Origin: Clostridia bacterium
Lineage (GTDB): Bacteria; Bacillota; Clostridia; Oscillospirales; CAG-272
Assembly: GCA_017504785.1 (NCBI GenBank)
Contig: JAFVQL010000081.1
Coordinates: forward strand, 1-56,148
Reading direction: 5' to 3'
Length of the DNA stretch: 56,148 nucleotides
The position numbers and the translations under genes are program-made. The notes below the pieces were generated by a model. It did no database searches and was not told the DNA's origin. It saw only the letters and a list, made by a program, of their open reading frames with translations. Below, in pieces: positions 19,891-31,425 of the stretch; the first letter of the stretch is position 1; each line of letters begins with the position of its first letter.

Positions 19891-20014
19891 AGGGCGGAAG
19901 GAAAGCGCACACACTTTGCCTTTCTTGAATTTTACAGAAAAATACTTGGATCAATCAAACACCGTAGATGTCTACGGCTTTATTTAGAAAATAAAATAAT
20001 AGGAGATATAAATT

Positions 20015-21127
20015 ATGGCAACGAAAAAGACTACGGCTGCGGCAGATGCCAAGGCTGCTCCCTCTGCGGCAGATAAGAAGGCCGCGCTGGAAACCGTTCT
20101 TTCCCGCATTGAAAGAGAGTGCGGCAAGGGCTCGATCATGCGCCTTGGCGAAAATGCGAATATGAACGTTTCCGCGGTTTCCACCGGATCGCTCACGCTG
20201 GATTTTGCGCTGGGTATCGGCGGCATTCCGAAGGGAAGGATCACCGAGATCTACGGCCCGGAATCCTCGGGTAAGACCACCATTGCATTGCACGTGGTGG
20301 CAGAGGTGCAGAAGCAGGGCGGCGAGGCCGCGTTTATCGACGCGGAGCACGCGCTCGACCCCATCTACGCAAAGAAGCTTGGCGTGGATATCAACAACCT
20401 TCTCGTTTCCCAGCCCGACTGCGGTGAGCAGGCATTGGAGATCGCAGAAACGCTCGTCAATTCCGGTGCGATCGATATCATCGTTATCGATTCCGTTGCC
20501 GCGCTCGTTCCGCGCCAGGAGATCGAGGGCGATATGGGTGCTTCGCACGTGGGCGTACAGGCAAGACTGATGTCGCAGGCAATGCGTAAGCTTTCGGGCG
20601 CGATCGCAAAGTCCAACTGTATCGTGATCTTCACCAACCAGCTTCGTGAGAAGGTCGGCGTTATGTACGGCAACCCCGAGGTGACGACGGGCGGCCGCGC
20701 GCTGAAGTTCTATGCATCCGTTCGTATCGACGTCAGAAAGGTCGATACCTTGAAGAACGGCACCGAGATTTACGGCTCTCGCACGCGCTGTAAGGTCGTA
20801 AAAAATAAGGTGGCTCCGCCCTTCAAGACTGCGGAATTTGATATTCTTTACGGATCGGGCATTTCCAAGTCCACCGAGATCATCGATCTTGCGATCGCGC
20901 TTGAGATCGTGGAAAAGAGCGGCGCATGGTTCTATTTTGACGGCCAGCGTCTCGGTCAGGGCAAGGAAAACGTCAGAAAACTGATCGAAAGCGACAAGGA
21001 GCTTCTTGAGAAGCTGGAGACACTCGTGCGCGAGAAGGCACAGAAGTCCGGCGTGGATCCCGATGCCGAGGAAGCGGATGCCGATGAATTTGAGATCAAG
21101 GATTTTGACGAGGGAGATGACCTTTAA
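20015..21127 (+). CDS. recA: Recombinase RecA
   Basis: [60 protein letters not shown]. Confidence 0.99.
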   Translation: MATKKTTAAADAKAAPSAADKKAALETVLSRIERECGKGSIMRLGENANMNVSAVSTGSLTLDFALGIGGIPKGRITEIYGPESSGKTTIALHVVAEVQKQGGEAAFIDAEHALDPIYAKKLGVDINNLLVSQPDCGEQALEIAETLVNSGAIDIIVIDSVAALVPRQEIEGDMGASHVGVQARLMSQAMRKLSGAIAKSNCIVIFTNQLREKVGVMYGNPEVTTGGRALKFYASVRIDVRKVDTLKNGTEIYGSRTRCKVVKNKVAPPFKTAEFDILYGSGISKSTEIIDLAIALEIVEKSGAWFYFDGQRLGQGKENVRKLIESDKELLEKLETLVREKAQKSGVDPDAEEADADEFEIKDFDEGDDL

Positions 21128-21130
21128 TCC

Positions 21131-21720
21131 ATGATGGAGAGCCAAAGACTCGTTTTGTTCGTCCGTCCCGCAAGGGAAAAGGGTGCATTCGTCTTGGGAC
21201 TCTCGGACCCAGAGGAGCGATTCACCGTCGGGCACGCCCTGTATCATGCGCTTGGGGAGGTGCGCGGCGGTGACGTGCTTTCTCCCGAGAGCGTGGAGCA
21301 AATAAAAGAAGAGGACGAGGTCCGCCGCGCAAGAAAGGCGGCGATGCGCCTTCTTTCCTATGCGGATAACAGCCGCCGCCGCCTTTTCGAGAAGCTTAGG
21401 CGCAAGGGCATTTCGGCAAGGATCGCCGAGCGGACCGTTATGGACATGGTCGGCGAAGGGCTGCTTTCCGAAGAAAGGCAGCTGGAAAGCGCGGTGCTTT
21501 CTTTATCCGAGCATCGCTTGTTCGGCCCCCACCGCATTCTTGCGGATCTTTGTGCCAAGGGATATAAGGGCGAGGACGTGCGCGCCGCGATCCATGCGGC
21601 CATGGAAAGCGGCGATATCGATTTTAATAAAAATCTTGCCCGTCTTTTCGAGAAAAAGCTCGGCGAAAACGCGACCGAGGAAGAAAAAAGAAAACTTAAG
21701 TTTACATACGGGTATAAAAG

Positions 21721-21724
<4 letters not shown>
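21131..21724 (+). CDS. recX: Regulatory protein RecX
   Basis: ARKAAMRLLSY...L..KLRRKG, FGPHRILADLCAKG, C-terminal YGY; directly after recA. Confidence 0.8.
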
Positions 21725-23436
<1,712 letters not shown>

Positions 23437-23703
23437 AGATCTTTGAATGCTTTGGGCTTTTGCTTAAATAGCGCTTAAAAACGCAATGCGCCCTCTTTAA
23501 AGTCGCAAGCCTTTTTATAAGAAAAAGACGAAAAGCCTGCGTTTTATGCAAAAAATGTAAACAAATATAATAAAAAACGCTTACCGCGCGAAAAAATACG
23601 CGCCGTAAGCGTTTTTTATTTAAAAAATGAAAACACGTTTTTGCTTCAAAAATATAAATTTTTCTTAAGTGAAAACGAAAAACACGAAAAGCTTTAAGAA
23701 AAA

Positions 23704-24060
23704 TTATTCGCACGCGGCGGTAGCGATCAAGGCAACGCCCGTGCCGGCAACGCTCTCGAGAATGACGTCCCCGACCTTGACGGGGCAGATCGCCCTTGCC
23801 TTGTTGATATCCTCCATCACGGCGAAAACCTTTTCCTTTGGAACGGGAGCGGCGGTCTTTACGGGGACGACGCGGCCGCAGCTTGTGCAAACGGTAGAGG
23901 TAACGGTGCGCTCGGGATGCGTGCATTCCTTTTCGGCGTAAGCCTCGCCGCGCTTGCATGCGTTGCCACTGACGGAGAGGGGCTTGCCGCTCTCATCCAA
24001 GCGCACGGTCAGGGCACAGCCGCGAGGGCATACGATACAGGTTAGAAGTCTTTCTTTCAT
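23704..24060 (-). CDS. DUF1667-like CxxC protein of glycerol-3-phosphate oxidoreductase operons
   Basis: MKERLLTCIVCPRGC..., GNACKRGEAYA..E, VPVKT; ATG at 24060 overlaps the upstream stop. Confidence 0.85.
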   Translation of the reverse strand: MKERLLTCIVCPRGCALTVRLDESGKPLSVSGNACKRGEAYAEKECTHPERTVTSTVCTSCGRVVPVKTAAPVPKEKVFAVMEDINKARAICPVKVGDVILESVAGTGVALIATAACE

Positions 24061-25328
24061 TTGGAAGTCCTCCTTTTGTCGGCAAGGCCGATCGAAAGCG
24101 TGCCCTCTCGGATCTCTTTCAGCCACTCCGCCTTGACGGTCACGGTTTCCATCTCGCCGGGCGCAAGCTTCAAGGCCTTTTTCTCATAGAACACCTTGCC
24201 GCCCGCCGAGAGAACGATGCTTTTGTCGCGGAACACGTCGGACACGCGGAAATAAAGTCTTGTATCCTTTGCCTCGGTCAAAAGCTGGGGCACGGTGTAG
24301 CGCACGCGCCCGTCGGTCTTGACCGAAACCGAGATCCTTTCATTTTTTTCCTCGCCGCGAAGAAAGCGCACGGCGGCCTCGCCCGCGATGGCGGCTTCCT
24401 CGGAAACGTAGTCCACGAGGTCGTGCACGTGAAGCACGTTGCCGCAGGCAAAAATGCCCGGGATCGCGCTCTCTCTGTTGCCGTTCACTCTTGCGCCGCC
24501 GGTCACGCGGTCGATCGGAATGCCCGCCATGGCTGTCAGCTCGTTTTCGGGGATCAGACCGCAGGAGAGAAGCAGAGTGTCGCAGAGAATGGTCTGCTCC
24601 GTGCCCGCAATGGGACGGCGGCTCTCGTCCACCCTTGCGACCGTAACCGCCTCAAGCCGCTCCTTGCCGTGGATATCCACGACGGTGTGAGAGAGCAGAA
24701 GGGGGATATTAAAATCGTTCAGGCATTGCTCGATGTTGCGCGCAAGACCGCCCGAATAGGGCATCAGCTCGCAAACGGCCTTGACCCTTGCGCCCTCCAG
24801 GGTCATTCTTCTTGCCATGATCAGCCCGATGTCACCCGAGCCGAGGATCACGACCTCGCGGCCGGGCATCATGCCCTTCACGTTGACGAATTTTTGCGCT
24901 GTGCCCGCGGTGTAGATACCGGCGGGGCGCGCGCCCGCAATGCCGAGCGCACCCTTCGGGCGCTCGCGGCAGCCCATGGCGAGGATCACGGCACCCGCCC
25001 GGATCTCGAAGATGCCCATTTCTGCGTTTCTTGCGATCACGGTGCGGTCAGGGAAAAGCTCGGTGACCATGGTTTCGGTCATATAGGGAATGCCGCGCGC
25101 GCTCACCATTTCGACGTAGCGGTGGGCGTATTCCGGTCCGGTCAGCTCCTCGCCGAAGCGGTGCAGGCCGAAGCCGTTATGGATGCACTGGCGAAGAATG
25201 CCGCCGAGTGCACAGTCTCTTTCCAAAATGAGAATATCTCTTTGTCCTTTGTCGTAGGCGGCAACGGCGGCGGCAAGACCGGCAGGGCCTCCGCCGATGA
25301 TGACAAGCTCTTTTTCGATCTGTTTCAT
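24057..25328 (-). CDS. NAD(P)/FAD-dependent oxidoreductase (pyridine nucleotide-disulphide family)
   Basis: IIGGGPAGLAAA, QCIHNGFG, LGSGDIGLIMARR, GNVLHVHDLVD. Confidence 0.9.
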   Translation of the reverse strand: MKQIEKELVIIGGGPAGLAAAVAAYDKGQRDILILERDCALGGILRQCIHNGFGLHRFGEELTGPEYAHRYVEMVSARGIPYMTETMVTELFPDRTVIARNAEMGIFEIRAGAVILAMGCRERPKGALGIAGARPAGIYTAGTAQKFVNVKGMMPGREVVILGSGDIGLIMARRMTLEGARVKAVCELMPYSGGLARNIEQCLNDFNIPLLLSHTVVDIHGKERLEAVTVARVDESRRPIAGTEQTILCDTLLLSCGLIPENELTAMAGIPIDRVTGGARVNGNRESAIPGIFACGNVLHVHDLVDYVSEEAAIAGEAAVRFLRGEEKNERISVSVKTDGRVRYTVPQLLTEAKDTRLYFRVSDVFRDKSIVLSAGGKVFYEKKALKLAPGEMETVTVKAEWLKEIREGTLSIGLADKRRTSK

Positions 25329-25338
25329 CCGTTTTTCC

Positions 25339-26769
25339 TCACTTCTTGGTGTAGCCCACGTTCATTTTCGAGCCCTTGCCGAACTTTGTGACCTCGGTCT
25401 CGTCCACGCCAAGCTCCTTGGCGATCAGCTCGGTGATATAGGGCGCGCAGAACCCGCCCTGACAGCGGCCCATGCCCGAGCGCGTGCGGCGCTTCACGCC
25501 GTCCACGTCCGTGGGCTTCGGGTTTTGCCTGAGCGCCGAAAGGATCTCGCCCTCGGAGACGGTCTCGCAACGGCAGATCACGTGTGCGTAAGCGGGGTCT
25601 TTTTTTATGACCTCGTTTTTCTCCTCGTTGCTCATATAAGCAAATTCGTGCATCGGGCGGCGGAACGGATGGAAGTCCGCGCGCTTTTTGAGAGAAACGC
25701 CTTCCTTTATGAGAAGCTCTCTGACGTATTCCGCAATGGCGGGGGCGGCGGAAAGGCCGGGGCTTTCGATGCCCGCCACGTTGATAAAGCGGGGGGCGGC
25801 GGCACCGATGATAAAGTCCCCCGTGCTGCCAACGCTTCGCAGTCCCGCAAAGGTGGTGATGCTCTTCGAGAAATCGATATTCTTTACCTGCTCGCCCGCT
25901 TGCGCGCGAACCCTTGCAAGGCCCTCTTTTGTGGTGCGAACGTCGCTTTTGTCCGAGATGTTTTCGGCGGTCGGCCCGAGAAGCAGATTGCCGTCCACCG
26001 TGGGGGTAACGAGAATGCCCTTGCCCATTTTCGAGGGGCAACGGAACACCGTGTGCGTGACGGTATGGCCCGCACCCTTGTCGAGCAGTATATATTCACC
26101 GCGGCGAGGGGTGACGGTAAAGGATGCGCCGCCAATCATAGCGGCGATCTTATCCGAATAAACGCCCGCGCAGTTCACGACGAAGGCACCCTCCAGGGTG
26201 CGGCCGTCCGCCGCGGTCACACGGTAGCCCTCCTTCGTCCTTTCGATGGCCGATACCTCAAAATTTAAATAAAGCGCGGCGCCGTTATCCATCGCGTTTC
26301 CGATGGCGGCGATGCAAAGCTCGTAGGGGCAAACGATCGCACCCGTGCCCGCCAAAAGCGCGCAGGTAACGTTATCGCCCACGTTCGGCTCGCATTTCAA
26401 AAGAGCTTCGCGGTCAAGAAGGGACAGCGCCTTCACGCCGTTTTTCTCTCCGCGCGCCTTCAGCGCAAGGAGCGTTTCCTTATCCTCGTCCGAAAAGCCG
26501 ACGACCAGAGAGCCGTTTCTTTTGTATTTTACGCCGAGCGCGCGGCAGACGTCCTCCATCATTTCCGAGCCGCGCACGTTGAGGCGCGCCTTCAGCGTTC
26601 CTTCCTTGGCGTCAAAGCCTGCGTGCACGATCGCGCTGTTGGCGCGCGTTGCGCCCATGGCAACGTCGTTTTCCTTATCTAAGATGGCAACCGCCGCGCC
26701 CCATGCCGTGAGTTCTCTGGCAATCATGCCGCCGATCACGCCGTCACCGATGATAATACCGTCTAACAT
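25339..26769 (-). CDS. FAD-dependent oxidoreductase, GlpA/LhgO-like, with C-terminal BFD-like [2Fe-2S] domain
   Basis: ANSAIVHAGFD, FAGLRS, AGIESPGLSAAPAI; C-terminal ICRCE...KRRTRSGMGRCQGGFC. Confidence 0.9.
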   Translation of the reverse strand: MLDGIIIGDGVIGGMIARELTAWGAAVAILDKENDVAMGATRANSAIVHAGFDAKEGTLKARLNVRGSEMMEDVCRALGVKYKRNGSLVVGFSDEDKETLLALKARGEKNGVKALSLLDREALLKCEPNVGDNVTCALLAGTGAIVCPYELCIAAIGNAMDNGAALYLNFEVSAIERTKEGYRVTAADGRTLEGAFVVNCAGVYSDKIAAMIGGASFTVTPRRGEYILLDKGAGHTVTHTVFRCPSKMGKGILVTPTVDGNLLLGPTAENISDKSDVRTTKEGLARVRAQAGEQVKNIDFSKSITTFAGLRSVGSTGDFIIGAAAPRFINVAGIESPGLSAAPAIAEYVRELLIKEGVSLKKRADFHPFRRPMHEFAYMSNEEKNEVIKKDPAYAHVICRCETVSEGEILSALRQNPKPTDVDGVKRRTRSGMGRCQGGFCAPYITELIAKELGVDETEVTKFGKGSKMNVGYTKK

Positions 26770-26810
26770 ACCGTCCTCCTCGCAAAAACCGTGACTTTCT
26801 TCTTCCTATG

Positions 26811-26839
26811 ATTATACCACACGTTCACTTGAAAAGCAA
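26811..26839 (-). promoter_or_regulatory. Sigma-A-type promoter of the oxidoreductase operon
   Basis: Minus strand TTGCTT-17 nt-TATAAT with extended TG. Confidence 0.65.
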
Positions 26840-27088
26840 GAGCGAAAGTAAAACACCCTGCTTTAAAAGGATAGCATATTTAAGAAAAAATCGGCGAAGT
26901 ATAGGGGAAAATCCGCACTTCCAAACCTTATGTGTTCGACTCTCTTACGGCTAGCCGATGAAAGCCAACGCCAAGCGCACCGTAAAGGCAAAAAATGCAA
27001 ACAATTCGTAAACTTTAGAAAAAAAGCAGGAAAAAAAGGGAAAAAAGGTGTATGATAGTTTTGATAATACAAAAAGGAGCTTTGCTAT

Positions 27089-28021
27089 ATGAGTAGCTTT
27101 GAGAATCTTCGGATCGTGGACAATTTTTATCAAACCTCGCTGTTTTTTCCCATGCCCACAGTGGTGATCAGCACGCTTTGTGAGGATGGAACGACCTCGC
27201 TCGGTCCGTATTCTCTCGTGCAGCCCTACTACGTGGCGGGCAAGGATTACTACGCGATGCTTTTGTGCTGCCGCAATTCCTCCAATACCGCGCAGAACAT
27301 TCTCCGAAACGGAAAATGCACCCTCAATTTTATTGATGACGATCCCGCAACCTTCAAGGAGGCGGTGAAGCTTTCTTGGCCCGGCGATAAGCCGTCGGAA
27401 AAAATGCCGAGATGCAAATTTAAGTTGGAAAAGAGCATGATCGAAGAAGAAACGGGAGAGGCTCGCCCCATGGTGCTGACCGATGCGATCGAGGCGATCG
27501 AATGCACCTGGATGCGCGCGCTTGACGGCGCGGATAAGGATCTGCCCGGTGAGCTCAACGGCTACGAGGGGCCCTATCACGATTTTAACGGTATCACCAG
27601 CAAATTCGGCGCGCATTTCATTCTGCGCGTGGATAAGATCCTCATGAAGAAAAGGTACAGCGATGCGATCATAGCCGGCGTAACGGCGAAGGATTTTCCG
27701 CCCTTGCCCGTGGATTACGGCTACCGCGACAGTAAAAATTTCTGGTTCCACAGAAAGAGAAGAATGCGCGCGGAGCTTTTGCAGGTGCGTAAGGCCTCTC
27801 TTGAATCCGTACGCTACGCGGCGGACCGCGTGGATGATAAGGTCAAGTTTACCGACGAGGCGTTGGCGACGGTGCTTGGCGTGCCGAGAGTGTTTTTGCC
27901 GCTCGTTTTGAAGGGCTGCGTTGCTTGGGCGAAGGAAAACGGCGTGGAGCGGATCACGGCCGAGCACATGCAGATCATCAACGATAAGAGAGCAAAGGAA
28001 AAGGAAAAGAAAAAGAAATAA
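27089..28021 (+). CDS. Flavin-reductase-like (split-barrel) protein with C-terminal PCP_red-like helical domain
   Basis: PMPTVVIST...G...LGPYS...SNTAQNILRNGKCTLNF...IECT; C-terminal FTDEA...VPRVF......AKENGVERITAEHM; AAGGAG RBS. Confidence 0.7.
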   Translation: MSSFENLRIVDNFYQTSLFFPMPTVVISTLCEDGTTSLGPYSLVQPYYVAGKDYYAMLLCCRNSSNTAQNILRNGKCTLNFIDDDPATFKEAVKLSWPGDKPSEKMPRCKFKLEKSMIEEETGEARPMVLTDAIEAIECTWMRALDGADKDLPGELNGYEGPYHDFNGITSKFGAHFILRVDKILMKKRYSDAIIAGVTAKDFPPLPVDYGYRDSKNFWFHRKRRMRAELLQVRKASLESVRYAADRVDDKVKFTDEALATVLGVPRVFLPLVLKGCVAWAKENGVERITAEHMQIINDKRAKEKEKKKK

Positions 28022-28068
28022 AGGGGTTGCCGTATTTCGGCAAAGCCAAAAAAGCAGAGGCACTGCAC

Positions 28069-28365
28069 ACGGCGACCTGCGATAAAGCAGGTCGGCCGAA
28101 CGATGCTTGCCCTTACGGGCAAGTGATGTCGGCTTCGCCTAATGATGTAGCCTACGGCAATGATGTTGTGCCTTCGGCACAGTGGGCAAGCATCACATCA
28201 CTCGCGACCAACGGGAGCAACATCATTACGAACGAAGTGAGTAACATCACTTTTGCGTAAGCAAAAACATCACTTATATTCCTTCCAAAAACAAAATATC
28301 GTATAACACACTATACCTTGCAAGCAAGATCGTGTGAAAAGGGGCGAGAAAATCTCGTCCCTTTT
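28069..28365 (+). repeat. Dispersed structured element, copy 2 (ends in a terminator-like hairpin)
   Basis: TGATGT at 28124, 28143, 28161; ACATCA at 28195, 28220, 28244, 28267; tail atatcgtataacacactataccttgcaa and hairpin aaaaggggcgaga-aaa-tctcgtccctttt shared with copy 3. Confidence 0.9.
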
Positions 28366-28376
28366 CTGCTTTGATA

Positions 28377-29567
28377 TTATAAAAATCTCGTCAGCGGATG
28401 CGTCCAGATGCCGTAGGCATTTTCATAGTAGACCTTGAAGCCGCCTGCGTTTTTGGGGATCTTGCGCGTGATGACCCCGCTTTTCTTTTCCGCCTCGGTG
28501 AGAGGCTCGTATTTTGCGAGGGGGCGGGGGCCTTCGCCCGCGATGCGAAAATCCATATAATGGATCTTGCTGTTTTCGTCGCAGGGATCGGCGGTGATCG
28601 TGATCGAGCCGTTTTCGATCTTGAAGTCGGTTTTTGCGCGAAGGAAGGCAAAGCTTACCTCGCATCCGTTTTCCTTCAGCCTTGCGGTGTAGTAGCCGCA
28701 TTCCTCCGGCTCAAAGGCGCGCACGCTTCTGCCGCACACCTCGTAGGCTTCTGCCAAGACGCCGTTTTTGTAAATTTGCACGGTGTCCTCCGCATCGGTA
28801 AAGGTTGCGAGCGTGGCGATCTGCCCAAGCAGATAGTTGGAAAAGTCGCCGTTATCCACCTCGATCGCGCGGGGGGCTTCACCGTCCTTATAGCCCTTTA
28901 AAAGCGCGGCGTCCGCTTCGTTTAGGGGCGGAACGGAGGCAAGGTGCTCGTAGCGCACGAGATGAAAGAGCTTCCACGCTTCAAAAAAATCCGAAAGGGG
29001 ATAGCGCACGCGGCGGCAACAGGGGCGAACGGCCTCGCTCACCTCGATCTCGCAAATTTTGCCGTCCCCGTCCTTTAAAATATCCGTGACGAGAGCCACG
29101 TGGCTGCGCTCCTTGCCGCATGCATAGAGAATATCCAAAAGGCGGATATCCTCCGCCGTATAGCAGCCGCGGTCGGCAATGCGGCGCATGCCGGGGATCT
29201 TCTCCCAAAGCAGGGTGCTCACGCGGTAGGGAATGCCGAGGGCATAGCGCACGAGCGCGACGCAAACGACGCCGTAGTTACAGCCGTAAGACAAGCCCTG
29301 CCCCGGGGCGTAGAGCGTGCTGTACGGATTTCGGATCGCGGAAAGGAAGGTGCGGATCTGCGCGTTTTCGGTAACGTATTTATCGGTCTTTTCGGTGGCG
29401 GAAAAGGGAAAGCCGTGAACTTGCGTGCCCGCGGGGAAAAAGCAGTTTTTTCCGTTTATATAGGTGGGAACGTCACGCACGGGCGTGAAAACGAAATCGG
29501 TCAGCTGCAGGGCGCGGGCAAGCGCGGCGCGCTCGCCGCCGTTTTTCGGAAGGGTGCTGATCGGCAT
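28377..29567 (-). CDS. Hypothetical protein, possible NlpC/P60-like Cys-His N-terminal domain
   Basis: 396-aa ORF with AGGAGG RBS; YGVVCVALVRYALG ... SHVALV pattern. Confidence 0.7.
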   Translation of the reverse strand: MPISTLPKNGGERAALARALQLTDFVFTPVRDVPTYINGKNCFFPAGTQVHGFPFSATEKTDKYVTENAQIRTFLSAIRNPYSTLYAPGQGLSYGCNYGVVCVALVRYALGIPYRVSTLLWEKIPGMRRIADRGCYTAEDIRLLDILYACGKERSHVALVTDILKDGDGKICEIEVSEAVRPCCRRVRYPLSDFFEAWKLFHLVRYEHLASVPPLNEADAALLKGYKDGEAPRAIEVDNGDFSNYLLGQIATLATFTDAEDTVQIYKNGVLAEAYEVCGRSVRAFEPEECGYYTARLKENGCEVSFAFLRAKTDFKIENGSITITADPCDENSKIHYMDFRIAGEGPRPLAKYEPLTEAEKKSGVITRKIPKNAGGFKVYYENAYGIWTHPLTRFL

Positions 29568-29881
29568 ACGGATCCTCCTTGTCTTTTTCTTGGCGTTTTC
29601 TTCGATCTCTGCCTTTTTTTGCAGATCCTTTTCAAATATTACCGTATTTTATTTTAACATATACGGAGAAAATGTCAACTCTCTTTTTTATAAGACCTTC
29701 TTTTTCTTCTTTTTTGGGGAATATCCGTCAAAAACCGTAAAGTGCGCCGCACTCTCTCTTCTTTTTATATAGAATATCACGATTTTCAAAAAAAGCCTTG
29801 AAATTGCTTGCAAAAACCATTATAATAAATATAATGGGAAAAATAGGGACGTTTTCACAAAAGAAGTAAGGAGGAGTCTTC

Positions 29882-30535
29882 ATGCAGAGCTTTGATACGA
29901 TCCGTAGGGATGGGGCGATCCGCACCTATATTCAAATGGCGGATAAATCTCTGGAAGCCCTCGGCTTCACGGAGCATAGCTTTCCGCACGTTTTGCGCGT
30001 GGCGGAGCAAGCGGCACAGCTGCTAAAAGCGGTCGGCTATGACGAGAGAACGCAGGAGCTGACGAAAATTGCGGGATATCTGCATGACATCGGCAACCTC
30101 GTGAACCGCCACGATCACTCTCAAAGCGGCGCGATCCTTGCCTTCCGCCTTCTTTCCGAGCGCGGATTTTCGCCCGAGGAGATCGCCCCCATCGTCAGCG
30201 CGATCGGCAATCATGACGAGGGCTCCGGCTCTCCCGTCAGCCCCATGGCGGCGGCTTTGATCTTAGCGGATAAAGCCGACGTGCGCCGCAGCCGCGTGCG
30301 CGATACCAAAAACATGGAGAGGGATATTCACGACAGAGTGAATTATTCGGTCACCGATGCGCGCCTTCTCGTGAAGGACGGCGAGGTCTGCCTCTCTCTT
30401 TCGATCGATACCGAGATCAGCTCGGTGATGGAGTATTTCGAGATCTTCACGGAGAGAATGCTACTATGCCGCAAGGCGGCAACGGTTTTGGGGCTTCGCT
30501 TCCGTCTTTATGCCAACGGGCAACCCTTGATTTGA
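29882..30535 (+). CDS. HD-domain phosphohydrolase
   Basis: TEHS..H, YLHDIGN, GNHDE, LADKAD; AGGAG RBS. Confidence 0.9.
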   Translation: MQSFDTIRRDGAIRTYIQMADKSLEALGFTEHSFPHVLRVAEQAAQLLKAVGYDERTQELTKIAGYLHDIGNLVNRHDHSQSGAILAFRLLSERGFSPEEIAPIVSAIGNHDEGSGSPVSPMAAALILADKADVRRSRVRDTKNMERDIHDRVNYSVTDARLLVKDGEVCLSLSIDTEISSVMEYFEIFTERMLLCRKAATVLGLRFRLYANGQPLI

Positions 30536-30603
30536 CAACAATTATTTGCAAAATGCAAATTTTGATAGAGGTTTTATAAGAAGTAGAAGAGAATGGAGGA
30601 AGG

Positions 30604-31392
30604 ATGAGTAAATTAACAATTGAAAAAATCCGTGAAAAGCGCGCGTTCATCTGCGATATGGACGGCGTGATCTATCACGGCAATCGCTTGATCCCGGGAG
30701 CAAAAAAGTTTTTGGACTGGCTGTATGCAAACAACAAGGACTTCTTGTTTTTGACCAACAGCTCCGAAAGATCCCCCAAGGAGCTCGCGCAGAAGCTTTC
30801 GCGCCTCGGCCTTTCGGTCAGCGAGGATCATTTCTATACGAGCGCTTTGGCGACCGCTTCGTTTATCGCGGGGCAATGCCCCGGCGGCTCGGTGTACGCC
30901 ATTGGCGAGCCGGGACTGACGAACGCGCTGTACGAGGCGGGGCTTTCGATGAACGACGTCAACCCCGACTACGTGGTGCTCGGTGAGACGCGCTCCTTGA
31001 ATTACGAAAAGATCGAGAAGGCGGTGCAGCTCGTGTTTGCGGGTGCAAAGCTGATCGGCACGAATACCGACCTGACGGGCCCCTCCGAAAAGGGCATCAT
31101 GCCCGCTTGCCGCGCGCTGATGGCGCCGATCGAGCTGACGACGGGAAAGCAGGCGTATTACGTGGGCAAGCCCAATCCCCTTATCATGCGCCACGCCAAG
31201 AATAAGCTTGGGTATCACCGCGCGGAGGTTGCCATCATCGGTGACCGTATGGATACGGATATCGTTGCGGGCGTGGAAAGCGAGATCGATACGGTGCTGG
31301 TGCTTTCCGGCGTGACGGACATAGAAACGATGAACAAATTTGCTTACGGGCCGAGCATCGTTCTTTCGGACGTGGGCGAGATCTGTGAGTAA
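30604..31392 (+). CDS. HAD-IIA hydrolase (NagD-like)
   Basis: CDMDGVIY, LTNSS, GKPNP, IGDRMDTDI, VLSGVT. Confidence 0.93.
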   Translation: MSKLTIEKIREKRAFICDMDGVIYHGNRLIPGAKKFLDWLYANNKDFLFLTNSSERSPKELAQKLSRLGLSVSEDHFYTSALATASFIAGQCPGGSVYAIGEPGLTNALYEAGLSMNDVNPDYVVLGETRSLNYEKIEKAVQLVFAGAKLIGTNTDLTGPSEKGIMPACRALMAPIELTTGKQAYYVGKPNPLIMRHAKNKLGYHRAEVAIIGDRMDTDIVAGVESEIDTVLVLSGVTDIETMNKFAYGPSIVLSDVGEICE

Positions 31393-31425
31393 CGGTTAGT
31401 AACCGATAAAGAAAGGAATATAAAA

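Noticed and set aside
19890-20014. LexA (GAAC-N4-GTTC) box upstream of recA
   Set aside because: No convincing match found by eye.
28027-28260. Small ORFs over the repeat elements (28027..28260, 43655..44011, 19678..20076)
   Set aside because: They translate palindromic non-coding repeats, and the frames are not conserved between copies.
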